DNA from: Dehalococcoidia bacterium
GTDB taxonomy: Bacteria; Chloroflexota; Dehalococcoidia; Lucifugimonadales; Australimonadaceae
Direction: 5' to 3'
DNA length: 64,000 nucleotides
NCBI GenBank assembly: GCA_965243745.1
Contig: CBDEVR010000002.1
Coordinates: forward strand, 903,263 to 967,262
Part shown: positions 9,947 to 18,279 of the stretch, in pieces
Layout of the letters: each line of letters starts with the position of its first letter
How positions within the stretch are numbered: the first letter of the stretch is position 1
Program-made: the position numbers and the translations under genes
Notes under the pieces: model-generated
Told to the model about the DNA's origin: nothing
Database searches by the model: none
What the model saw: only the letters and a program-made list of their open reading frames with translations

Positions 9947-11227
9947 ATGACCACCGCAGCACCAACAGCCGACGTAGTCGTCGTCACCAAGCCGAAGCGC
10001 GTGGCCGGAGTCATCGTCACTGGCCACGGCTTCCAGCACATGTATGCCGATGGCTTCCTCGTCCTGCTGCCCATCATTCAGGACGTGTTCATGATGGGGC
10101 CGGTCGCGCTCGGCATCCTGTCGGCGTCGCGGCAGGCTGCAGGCGGCATCCTGAGCATGGGCGGCGGCTTCATGGTGGACCTCTTTGCGGGCAACCGGGG
10201 CCTCTTCCTTGCCGGAAGCCTGTTCTCCATGGGCTTCGCCTACCTCCTGGCGGGCATCTCGCCGAACGCCGCCGTCCTCATCATCGCCGTCTCGCTCGGC
10301 TCGGCAGCGGGCTCGTTCTGGCACCCGGTCGGGCTGGGCATCCTGTCATTCACGTTCCCGAAAGACCGCGCCTTGCTCATGTCGCTGCACCGCTCCGCCG
10401 GAAGCCTCGGCGAGGTGATAACGCCGTTCATCGTCGCCGCAGCGCTCCTGGTCACCACGTGGAGCGGCGTCCTGGTGGGCGGCTTCTTCGTCATCGCCAT
10501 CGTCTCGGCCATGATCCTGTTCATACTCGCGCGGCTGGGTCTCCCCCGCAGGGAGACCGTGTCCCGGACCGCGGGAGCACAGTTCAGGAGCATCGGCGGG
10601 CTGTTCACCAGCCGTGCCCTCCCGGTGCTGCTCATCGTCTCCGGGCTCCGCGGCATGGCCGACCGCGCCATCGTCTTCTTCCTCCCCGTCCTTATTGCAC
10701 AGCTCCTGCGCGAAGTCGAGGACGACCCGAGCGATGCGCGCATCGCCGCAGTCGTCGCGCCCTACCTCGCGCTGATGGTCGGGACGTCCATCATCGTCTC
10801 GCCGCTCATCGGTGCGTTCTCCGACAGAGCGGGACGCAAGCCGGTGCTCGTCGGCGTACTCCTCTTCTCGACCGTGATAACGGGCATCATGATCTTCACT
10901 GCGGAACTGGGCCCGCTCTTCCTCGTGCTGGTCGGCCTGCTGGGCATATTCCGGTTCGCGGGCGCGAACCTTGCGCAGGCGGCGTCGCTGGACGTTGCCG
11001 AGGGGCGTCACATCGAAGGCAGCATGATCGGCCTGCTCTGGGGCAACAACGCCTTCTTCGGCGCCTTCTCCCCCCTGCTGCTCGGCATCATCATCGCCTG
11101 GTTCTCCCCACCGGGCATCGACGACTACCGCCTCATCTTTCCGTACGCCGCCGTCGTGTCCCTGCTCGCGACCATCGCCGCGCTCTTCCTGCCGCCCATC
11201 GGCAACCCGCGCCGCGCGTCTGCGTGA
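9947..11227 (+). CDS. MFS transporter
   Basis: About 12 hydrophobic segments. N-terminal region homologous to the MFS at 31077 (GHGFQHMY vs SHTLQHLY, SFWHP vs SIWHP). ATG 9947 lies in frame within the track ORF. Confidence 0.85.
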   Translation: MTTAAPTADVVVVTKPKRVAGVIVTGHGFQHMYADGFLVLLPIIQDVFMMGPVALGILSASRQAAGGILSMGGGFMVDLFAGNRGLFLAGSLFSMGFAYLLAGISPNAAVLIIAVSLGSAAGSFWHPVGLGILSFTFPKDRALLMSLHRSAGSLGEVITPFIVAAALLVTTWSGVLVGGFFVIAIVSAMILFILARLGLPRRETVSRTAGAQFRSIGGLFTSRALPVLLIVSGLRGMADRAIVFFLPVLIAQLLREVEDDPSDARIAAVVAPYLALMVGTSIIVSPLIGAFSDRAGRKPVLVGVLLFSTVITGIMIFTAELGPLFLVLVGLLGIFRFAGANLAQAASLDVAEGRHIEGSMIGLLWGNNAFFGAFSPLLLGIIIAWFSPPGIDDYRLIFPYAAVVSLLATIAALFLPPIGNPRRASA

Positions 11228-11331
11228 GGCGCTGCTCCGCGTCACTCTCTCGTTGACGGAGGTATCTGGGCGTCCGTATCATCGAAAGGCTGCGCACCGG
11301 GTCGAGCGGCTGGCTCCCCGGAGTGCCCGGT

Positions 11332-11406
11332 GGCAACGTAGCTCAGCGGCAGAGCGGGCGCTTCATAAGCGCTAGGTCACAGGTTCGAATCCTGTCGTTG
11401 CCACCA
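11332..11406 (+). tRNA. tRNA-Met (anticodon CAT; elongator Met or Ile2-lysidine type)
   Basis: Hand-folded cloverleaf: GGCAACG/CGTTGCC acceptor, GCTC/GAGC D-stem, anticodon loop TTCATAA, ACAGG-TTCGAAT-CCTGT T-arm, encoded ACCA. Confidence 0.9.
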
Positions 11407-11417
11407 ACGACCACCCC

Positions 11418-12725
11418 TCACTCATCCCCCGAACGCACCGACGACGCACCTTCGTCGATCTCCTGCGAGGACGGCGCGCCCGGTTTGCGCTTCCCCTGCA
11501 GGCTCTCCCGCGCCAGCCCGAAGATGAGCACGGCCGAGAGCACATGCAGCGGGGCGAAGAACCAGAACGCCATCGCCGGCGTGAATGCGCTGGCGATCAC
11601 CGCTGCCGAGGGCGGCGTCGTAAGCGCCCCGAGTTCGCCGACCCCCCGCCGCAGCGCCTGCAACTGCCCCCGCACGTGCACCGGCACGACGTCGTAGGTG
11701 TAGATCGTCATGGCCCCCATGGCGAGCCCGTTCGCCAGCCCGACGAGGCACATCACGGCGAAGAGCAACGGAATGTTCGTCGCCAGCGGGAAGGCGATGA
11801 ACGCGACGGTGGAGAACACGGCAGCAGGCCCGGCCGCCCACTTCCGCCCCAGTTTGTCCGAGATGATCCCTGTCGGCGCGATCATCAGGAACGTCGTCAC
11901 GCCTGCAGCGGTGAACAGAAGTCCCGTGATCGACGCGGAGTATTCCAGTTGGCTCTGCACGTAGAGCGGGAGCATCGTGTTCGTCACCTGCCCGCGGATC
12001 ATCTGCGCGAACGTCGAATAGAAGAGGACCAGGTAGGTGGCGCGGTAGTAGGGGTGTATCTGCGCAACAGCGCGCAGGTCAAACAGTGGTGCGGAGGTGC
12101 GGCGGGAAGGCCGGGATATCTCCCGGTGCAGCAGCGATATCGCCAGCACGACCGCCGACATACCTGCGTACACGAAGAAGAGGCCCCGTACGCCCATCAG
12201 GTCGGTCAGCACCCCTCCGATAGCAGGGCCGAACGCCATGCCTGTGCTGCCGATGCCCATGAGCGCGCTCATCTGCCGCCCGCGCTGGCTCCGCTGCACC
12301 ATGTCGACCGCGGCGATCTCGCGTCCGAACATCCACGTGCTCATGCCGATGCCCCAGAAGAACTGCGTCACGATGATGACGGTGAAGCTCGGAGCGATAG
12401 CCGCGGTGAAGGTGCTGACGGTCGCAAGCGCCGCCCCGCCGACCATCAGCGGTTTCACGCCGAACCGGTCGACGATGGCCCCGGTGGGGAGCATGGAGAG
12501 CGTACGTCCGATGAGCTGGCTCGTGATCACCTGGACAGCGAGCGCCTCCGAGACGTTGAACGTCCGGGCTATCGCGGGAAGCGCAGGGATGATCATGCCC
12601 TGCCCCATGCTCATCAGCATGGACGGCAGGTAGATGGAGAGTGTCGCTCTCAGGAGCGATGGCCTGCCGGAGCGCACGAAGAGGCCTCCGTTCCGAAGGG
12701 AAGTGCGGCTGAACCGCACCCGCAT
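11418..12725 (-). CDS. MFS transporter (tandem paralogue 1)
   Basis: 435 aa polytopic protein, clearly homologous to the adjacent 430 aa ORF (LPSMLMSMGQGMIIPALP vs IPSLLMMIGQGMLIPALP). Confidence 0.88.
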   Translation of the reverse strand: MRVRFSRTSLRNGGLFVRSGRPSLLRATLSIYLPSMLMSMGQGMIIPALPAIARTFNVSEALAVQVITSQLIGRTLSMLPTGAIVDRFGVKPLMVGGAALATVSTFTAAIAPSFTVIIVTQFFWGIGMSTWMFGREIAAVDMVQRSQRGRQMSALMGIGSTGMAFGPAIGGVLTDLMGVRGLFFVYAGMSAVVLAISLLHREISRPSRRTSAPLFDLRAVAQIHPYYRATYLVLFYSTFAQMIRGQVTNTMLPLYVQSQLEYSASITGLLFTAAGVTTFLMIAPTGIISDKLGRKWAAGPAAVFSTVAFIAFPLATNIPLLFAVMCLVGLANGLAMGAMTIYTYDVVPVHVRGQLQALRRGVGELGALTTPPSAAVIASAFTPAMAFWFFAPLHVLSAVLIFGLARESLQGKRKPGAPSSQEIDEGASSVRSGDE

Positions 12726-12734
12726 GGTAGCAGC

Positions 12735-14027
12735 CTACCGGGCGGGAACGCTCTCCACGGCAGGCGGCGGAGCGCCCGGCGCACGTCTGGATGGCAGGCC
12801 TTCCCTGGCGAAGAAGACGAGCGCCAGTCCCGCGCCCGTCAGCAACGGAGCGAACACCCAGAAGGTCGTCGATGGGCTGGACACGCTCGCGACTGCTCCT
12901 GCGATGAGCGGCCCCGATATCGCCCCCGTCTCTCCGAACGACCGGCGCAGCGCCTGCAGCTGTCCGCGCAGGTGCACCGGCACGATGTCGAACGTGTACG
13001 TCGTCATGGACCCCATCGCCATGCCGCTGGCGAACCCCATGAACACCAGCACGGCTCCCAGCGTCAGCATGTTGTCCGCGAATGGAACGAAGATGAACGT
13101 GGCGCCCGCGATGAGCGCCGATGGCCCCGCAACCCACTTGCGTCCCAGCTTGTCCGAGACGAACCCGGCGGGCAGGATGATCGCGAATGTTGCGATGGCG
13201 TGCACCGTGAACAGCAGCCCGGTCACCGTGGGGCTGTAGGCCAGCTGGTTCTCCACGTAGAGGGGCAGCATCGTGTGCGTGACCTGCGTACGCGTGAGTA
13301 CGCCGAACGTGGTGATGAACAGGATGAAGTACGTGAGCCGGAAGTAGGGGTGTATCTCCTTGAAGGCGGTGAAGTTGAACATGGAGCGGTTGCTCTTCGG
13401 CCTCTCGATCCGAACGCTCTTGTGGATGGTCGCCAGGACGAATATCACTGCGCTGATCCCCGCGAAGATCAGGAAGAGCCCGCGCACGCCAACAGGCCCA
13501 ACGAGGAACCCGCCTATCGCCGGGCCGAGCGCCATGCCTGCTCCGCTGATGCCCATCAGCGTGCTCAACGCCCGACCTCGGTGCTCCGCCCGCACCATCT
13601 CCGCCGCCGCGATCTCCCGCCCGAACATCCACATGTTCTGGCCGAAACCCCACACGATCTGCGTGCCCATGAGCAGCACGAAGTTCTCCGTGGCAGCCGC
13701 ACCCAGGAGGCATATCGCAGAGACGAACGCGCCGATCATCATGGGAGGCTTCGCGCCCCAGCGATCGACTATCGCGCCTGTGGGGATGAACGCGATGAAC
13801 TTGCCCACCTGCTGGATGGTCACCACCTGCACCGCGAGTGCAGGAGCAACTGCGTACGTCTCCGCCAGGGTCGGCAGCGCAGGGATGAGCATCCCCTGGC
13901 CGATCATCATCAGCAGGGACGGGATGTAGATGTGGAGCGCGCCGCTCCAGAACCTCCGGGACGTGAGCAAGGGAACCACCAAGGGCGTGATGGGGTTTCT
14001 CAGGCTATCACGCCTGAAGCAACGCAC
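12735..14027 (-). CDS. MFS transporter (tandem paralogue 2)
   Basis: 430 aa, homologous along its full length to 11418..12725. The two are 9 nt apart. Confidence 0.88.
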   Translation of the reverse strand: MRCFRRDSLRNPITPLVVPLLTSRRFWSGALHIYIPSLLMMIGQGMLIPALPTLAETYAVAPALAVQVVTIQQVGKFIAFIPTGAIVDRWGAKPPMMIGAFVSAICLLGAAATENFVLLMGTQIVWGFGQNMWMFGREIAAAEMVRAEHRGRALSTLMGISGAGMALGPAIGGFLVGPVGVRGLFLIFAGISAVIFVLATIHKSVRIERPKSNRSMFNFTAFKEIHPYFRLTYFILFITTFGVLTRTQVTHTMLPLYVENQLAYSPTVTGLLFTVHAIATFAIILPAGFVSDKLGRKWVAGPSALIAGATFIFVPFADNMLTLGAVLVFMGFASGMAMGSMTTYTFDIVPVHLRGQLQALRRSFGETGAISGPLIAGAVASVSSPSTTFWVFAPLLTGAGLALVFFAREGLPSRRAPGAPPPAVESVPAR

Positions 14028-14046
14028 GCTGTAGACTATCCCTCCA

Positions 14047-14122
14047 GGGCGAATAGCTCAGCGGTTAGAGCGCCTGTCTTACACACAGGAGGTCGCAGGT
14101 TCGATTCCTGCTTCGCCCACCA
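14047..14122 (+). tRNA. tRNA-Val (anticodon TAC)
   Basis: GGGCGAA/TTCGCCC acceptor, anticodon stem CCTGT/ACAGG with loop CTTACAC, GCAGG-TTCGATT-CCTGC T-arm, encoded ACCA. Confidence 0.92.
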
Positions 14123-14167
14123 CTTCCGCAATCGACTGCGGACCACACTACCTGAACGGCGACATGA

Positions 14168-14300
14168 CCGGACAGACTGGACTCTGGACTACAGGTCGGC
14201 CGATCAGGGAGTCCTGTGCGAGTGAAGGCGCTCGTCGCGCACGCTGTTTCAACCTCTTCCGGACAGGCTGGGCTCTGACTACAGGTCGGTCGGTCAGGGC
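14168..14300. repeat. Two ~43 bp imperfect direct repeats downstream of tRNA-Val
   Basis: CCGGACAGACTGGACTCTGGACTACAGGTCGGCCGATCAGGGA (14168-14210) vs CCGGACAGGCTGGGCTCT-GACTACAGGTCGGTCGGTCAGGGC (14259-14300). About 37 matching positions. Confidence 0.8.
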
Positions 14301-14304
14301 AGAT

Positions 14305-14327
14305 GTATTGACATGAAGTATCAATAC
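14305..14327 (+). promoter_or_regulatory. Perfect 7 bp inverted repeat overlapping a TTGACA box (candidate operator/promoter)
   Basis: GTATTGA-catgaagta-TCAATAC. TTGACA at 14308-14313 in a locally AT-rich stretch 47 nt upstream of the 14374 ATG. Confidence 0.45.
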
Positions 14328-14373
14328 TGCTACGCTTCGGACTCGTAAAATCAGGAGTTCGGAGGAAGGTCGC

Positions 14374-15540
14374 ATGAGCAAAGAGGGCACACTACGGCGG
14401 CGGGACCAGGCCCCGAAACGGTCGCGCCTCCACCAGGTCGCGATCGTGGGCGCGGGACCGGCCGGACTCGGGTGCGCGGTTGCCCTCAAGGAGTTTGGCG
14501 TCAACGACATCATCATCCTCGATCGCCATGAGGTCGGCGCCTCGTTCCGGCGGTGGCCGCAAGAGATGCGCTTCATCACGCCGTCGTTCACCTCGAACGC
14601 GTTCGGGTTGCTTGACCTCAATGCGATCGTCCCCCACACGTCGCCCGCCTACACGCTCGACCGCGAACACCCCAGCGGGACCGCTTACGCGATGTACCTC
14701 GACAACGTCGTCCAACACTTCAAACTCAAAGTGAAGTCCGGCATCGATGTCTGCGCTGTCACAGTCGAGGACAACGGAACATTCACGCTCACGACGACTG
14801 ACCGGCCGGTGCGGGCGCGGCATGTCATCTGGGCGGCCGGGGAATTCCAGTACCCGGACCGCGATTCGTTCGCGGGCGCGGAGTGCTGCTGCCACTCGTC
14901 CGAGGTCCGCACGTGGCAGGAACTCGAGGGTGACCGTTTCACGGTGATCGGCGGCTACGAGAGTGCCGCAGACGCGGCCGTCTCGCTGGTGCGGTTGGGG
15001 AAGAACGTGACCGTGCTGGGGCGATATGCGACATGGGACAGTGAGCACCCGGACCCCAGCATCTCCCTGACCCCGTTCTCCCGCGAACGTCTGGAATGGG
15101 CCGAGTCCACGGGCTCCGTGGACCTCGTCGGCGGTGTCGACATCACGTCGGTGCGTGTGGACGGTGACACGTGGGTCGTCCAGGCTTCGGACGGCTGCGA
15201 GTGGGTGAGCGAGACACGCCCGATCCTGGCCACCGGCTTCAAAGGGTCCCTGGGCCACCTCGACGGCCTGATCGAGTACGATGAAGGCGGCGCCCCCGTC
15301 GTCACGGAAGAGGCCGACGAGTCCACGCTTGTGCCTGGCCTGTTCATCTCCGGCCCCATACTCGAACACCGGGGCGTGAACTTCTGCTTCATTTACAAGT
15401 TCCGCCAGCGCTTCGCCATCGTCGCCGATGCGATAGCACAGCGCCTCGGAAAGGACACCACGGAAGCCGTTGCGGCCCACCGGGCGGTGGGGATGTACCT
15501 GGACGACCTCTCTTGCTGCGCCGAGTCCTGTGCGTGCTGA
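14374..15540 (+). CDS. FAD/NAD(P)-binding oxidoreductase with Cys-rich C-terminal tail
   Basis: 388 aa. VAIVGAGPAGLG and FTVIGGYESAADAA dinucleotide-binding motifs. SD GGAGGAAGG upstream. Ends ...DDLSCCAESCAC. Confidence 0.85.
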   Translation: MSKEGTLRRRDQAPKRSRLHQVAIVGAGPAGLGCAVALKEFGVNDIIILDRHEVGASFRRWPQEMRFITPSFTSNAFGLLDLNAIVPHTSPAYTLDREHPSGTAYAMYLDNVVQHFKLKVKSGIDVCAVTVEDNGTFTLTTTDRPVRARHVIWAAGEFQYPDRDSFAGAECCCHSSEVRTWQELEGDRFTVIGGYESAADAAVSLVRLGKNVTVLGRYATWDSEHPDPSISLTPFSRERLEWAESTGSVDLVGGVDITSVRVDGDTWVVQASDGCEWVSETRPILATGFKGSLGHLDGLIEYDEGGAPVVTEEADESTLVPGLFISGPILEHRGVNFCFIYKFRQRFAIVADAIAQRLGKDTTEAVAAHRAVGMYLDDLSCCAESCAC

Positions 15541-16672
15541 CCGGCAGAACATCGATGTCGCGGCGCCTCCCGCCACACTGCTCCTCGGACGTGCGGTAGC
15601 AGGTCCGGCGACAGCGGTCGCCCTCCTGGTCCTGCCCGCTCTGCTCGCAGTGCTCGGCGCGAACCAGGCCGCCGCCTGGCTTGATCCGCTGGCCGTGGCG
15701 AGCACGACACCCCTGGCCGAGAGGATGGAGGGTTGGCCCGGACCGCTCGGCGCTGTGCTCGCCGGTGACTACGGGCTGCTCACGATGGGGCCGTTGCTGT
15801 TCGTATGGGCGGTCCCGACGGTGCTGGTCTACTCGGTGCTGATCAGCGCATACAAGGCGAGCGGCCTCGCCGACCGCATCGGGACGGCGCTCCACCCCCT
15901 GTTGCGGCCGGTCGGCCTGCACGGGCGCGACGTGACACGAGTGCTGATGGGCTTCGGCTGCAACGTCCCGGCAATCGTCTCGACACGCTCCTGCTCTGCC
16001 TGCACCCGGCCGACGACCGTCGGCGCGATCTCCTTCGGGTCCGCCTGCTCATACCAACTCGGCGCGACGCTCGCGGTCTTTGCCGCCGCTGACAGGAGCA
16101 GTCTCGTTGTGCCGTACCTGGCGTTGCTCGTCGCAGCGACGCTCGTCTACACGCGCCTCATCAGTCAGCCTGCCGCGCGGTCGACGCTCACGATGCTCAT
16201 CGAACCGCGCACCTTCCTCACCTGGCCGTCCTTCGCGGCAGTTGGGGCGGAGGCACGAGGAACGGTTGGGGCATTCTTGCGCACGGCGCTCCCGATCTTC
16301 TTCGCGATCGCAATGGTTGCCTCGCTCCTCGACTGGTCGGGCGTGCTCGATGCAGCGGGGGGCTTGCTGGCGCCGGCGATGGCCGTGTTCGCACTGCCGG
16401 CGGACGCGGCGATGCCGACCGTGCTCGCCGCTGTCCGCAAGGACGGCATACTGCTCCTGGCTGAGTCCGGCACCGTCGCCTCGTTGAGCGCGACCCAGCT
16501 GCTGGTTGCAACGTTCCTGGCCGGAACGGTGCTGCCATGCCTGGTCACCGCCATCACCATCGGACGCGAACTCGGGCTGCGGTTCGCGGGCAGGCTTGTC
16601 GTGCGGCAGTCCGCCTTCGCCGTCACGGTCGCCGCCGTCGTCGGCTGGGCCTCGGCCGCGTTCGGTGGGTGA
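15530..16672 (+). CDS. FeoB-like permease (Gate/nucleoside-recognition domains) lacking a G-domain
   Basis: Polytopic protein with the FeoB membrane-domain signature LMGFGCNVPAIVSTRSC and a second Gate-like half. Start uncertain: GTG 15530 overlaps the upstream stop by 11 nt; the next ATG is at about 15725. Confidence 0.72.
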   Translation: MRADRQNIDVAAPPATLLLGRAVAGPATAVALLVLPALLAVLGANQAAAWLDPLAVASTTPLAERMEGWPGPLGAVLAGDYGLLTMGPLLFVWAVPTVLVYSVLISAYKASGLADRIGTALHPLLRPVGLHGRDVTRVLMGFGCNVPAIVSTRSCSACTRPTTVGAISFGSACSYQLGATLAVFAAADRSSLVVPYLALLVAATLVYTRLISQPAARSTLTMLIEPRTFLTWPSFAAVGAEARGTVGAFLRTALPIFFAIAMVASLLDWSGVLDAAGGLLAPAMAVFALPADAAMPTVLAAVRKDGILLLAESGTVASLSATQLLVATFLAGTVLPCLVTAITIGRELGLRFAGRLVVRQSAFAVTVAAVVGWASAAFGG

Positions 16673-16754
16673 CAGTCCACGTCCAGACTGCGGGGAAGTT
16701 ACATCGCGACAACGCATATTCACACAGTGGGACAGCCTGGGGATCGCCGTCGAC

Positions 16755-18134
16755 TCAGGAGCGTCCGCCGGTGCGGAAGAGCGCTACCACTGCGGCGAGA
16801 GAGGCTACCCCGCCGAAGACGAGGAACACGGTTCGCGCGGCGGCTGTCACCGTCTCCGCATTCGCTCCCCCCAGTCCAGACGCGCCCAGACCCGAGGTGA
16901 AGATCGCCTCGGAGGTCGCTACCCCCGTGATGATCCCGATGTAACGAAGCGTCGGAATCAGCGCGGAGACCGTGCCGACGCGGTCTCGCGGGGCCGCACT
17001 CATGATGACGCTCTGGTTGGGCGCTTGAAAGAACGAGCCGCCGATGCCGCTCAGAACCATGATGCCCACGATCGCCGGGATTGACGTACTCAGGTCCAGG
17101 TTCGCGAGCAGGAAGAGCGCCACTGCCGACATGCTCAGCCCGATCGTCGTGGGGACCCGAGGGCCGATCCGGTCGGAGAGACGTCCCGTGAACGGGGGAA
17201 ACACGATGAACATGGCAGGGGGCGTCAGCATGATCAGGCCGGCCATCGCCGGTGACAGCCCCCGCGCGATGAGAAGGTAGAACGGCATCGCGAAGGTTAC
17301 GGCCATCATCGCAACGCCGGCCATCAGCATCAGCGCGCTGGAGACGGAGAGGGCAGGGTTCCGGAACATCCGTATGTCTACGACGGGGCTCCCTGTGCGG
17401 ACCGAGTGGAGCGCGAAGGCCGTCATGGCAACAGCACTCAGTGGGAACACCGTGACGACCACCGGCGATGTCCATCCCTCGACAGAGCCGCGGTTCAGCC
17501 CTACAGCCATCAGGACCAATGCGGCAAACAGCAGCGCCACACCGGGGAAGTCGGTCCGCCGGTCGGTAGTCGTCCGTACGTCCCGGAGGTAGGTCATGGC
17601 AAGGGCGAACGCGGCGAACCCGAATGGCGCTCGCACCCAGAAGATGGAGCGCCAGCCCAGCGTGTCGAGAAGGATGCCGCCGAGCGCCGGCCCCGACATG
17701 AGTCCGAAGCCGGCGACGGAAGCCATCAAGCCCAACGCCTTGCCGCGCTCGTCAGGTGGAAAGGCGCTCGACACCAGCCCCAGCGAAAGAGAGACCATCA
17801 TCGCAGCCCCTGCGCCCTGTACCGCTCTGACGGCGATGAGCGTCAGGATGTTTGGGGCAGCGGCGGCCCCCACGAGGCCGACTGCGTAGATCAGGGCTCC
17901 CGCGGCGAATACGGTCTTGTTGCCGAACTGATCTCCCAGACGGCCCATCGGTAGCGCCAAGCCGAGCACGATGAGCTGGTACGACAGAGCGATCCAGACG
18001 ACTGTCGACGTGGACGTCTCGAACACCTCGGTGAAGGCGGGGAGTGCAATGGCGACGATCGAGAAGTCGGAGGTGCCGAGGAGCGTACTCGCTCCCGCTG
18101 CAGCGAGCACCGCCCACTTCGAGCCAGCGTTCAC
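16755..18134 (-). CDS. MFS transporter (drug:H+ antiporter DHA2-like, 14-TMS type)
   Basis: 459 aa: ...GRLGDQFGNKTVF...VRAVQGAGAAMM...GPALGGILLDTLGWRSIFWV..., typical EmrB/QacA-family motifs. Confidence 0.88.
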   Translation of the reverse strand: MNAGSKWAVLAAAGASTLLGTSDFSIVAIALPAFTEVFETSTSTVVWIALSYQLIVLGLALPMGRLGDQFGNKTVFAAGALIYAVGLVGAAAAPNILTLIAVRAVQGAGAAMMVSLSLGLVSSAFPPDERGKALGLMASVAGFGLMSGPALGGILLDTLGWRSIFWVRAPFGFAAFALAMTYLRDVRTTTDRRTDFPGVALLFAALVLMAVGLNRGSVEGWTSPVVVTVFPLSAVAMTAFALHSVRTGSPVVDIRMFRNPALSVSSALMLMAGVAMMAVTFAMPFYLLIARGLSPAMAGLIMLTPPAMFIVFPPFTGRLSDRIGPRVPTTIGLSMSAVALFLLANLDLSTSIPAIVGIMVLSGIGGSFFQAPNQSVIMSAAPRDRVGTVSALIPTLRYIGIITGVATSEAIFTSGLGASGLGGANAETVTAAARTVFLVFGGVASLAAVVALFRTGGRS

Positions 18135-18279
18135 GTGTCTGGTATCGGCTGCTATCGGTTACATCCTCGGCAGTCGCGCCCGTTCTGCTCAGAGCCCTGC
18201 CGTCACGGGAGTCTGCTTCCCTGCGCCGCGCAGGTCAAGCGCGCAGCGCCCACCAGACCATCCGACTATCATCCCTGCC

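Noticed and set aside
11544-14225. 893 aa plus-strand ORF
   Set aside because: It is antisense to the two tandem MFS transporter genes and runs through tRNA-Val. The composition (Arg/His/Glu/Asp runs) is non-protein-like. It is a shadow ORF.
14047-16672. Integrated mobile element at tRNA-Val
   Set aside because: Direct repeats exist next to the tRNA, but there is no integrase, excisionase or other mobility gene, and the downstream genes have host-like GC. This is kept only as a low-level observation.
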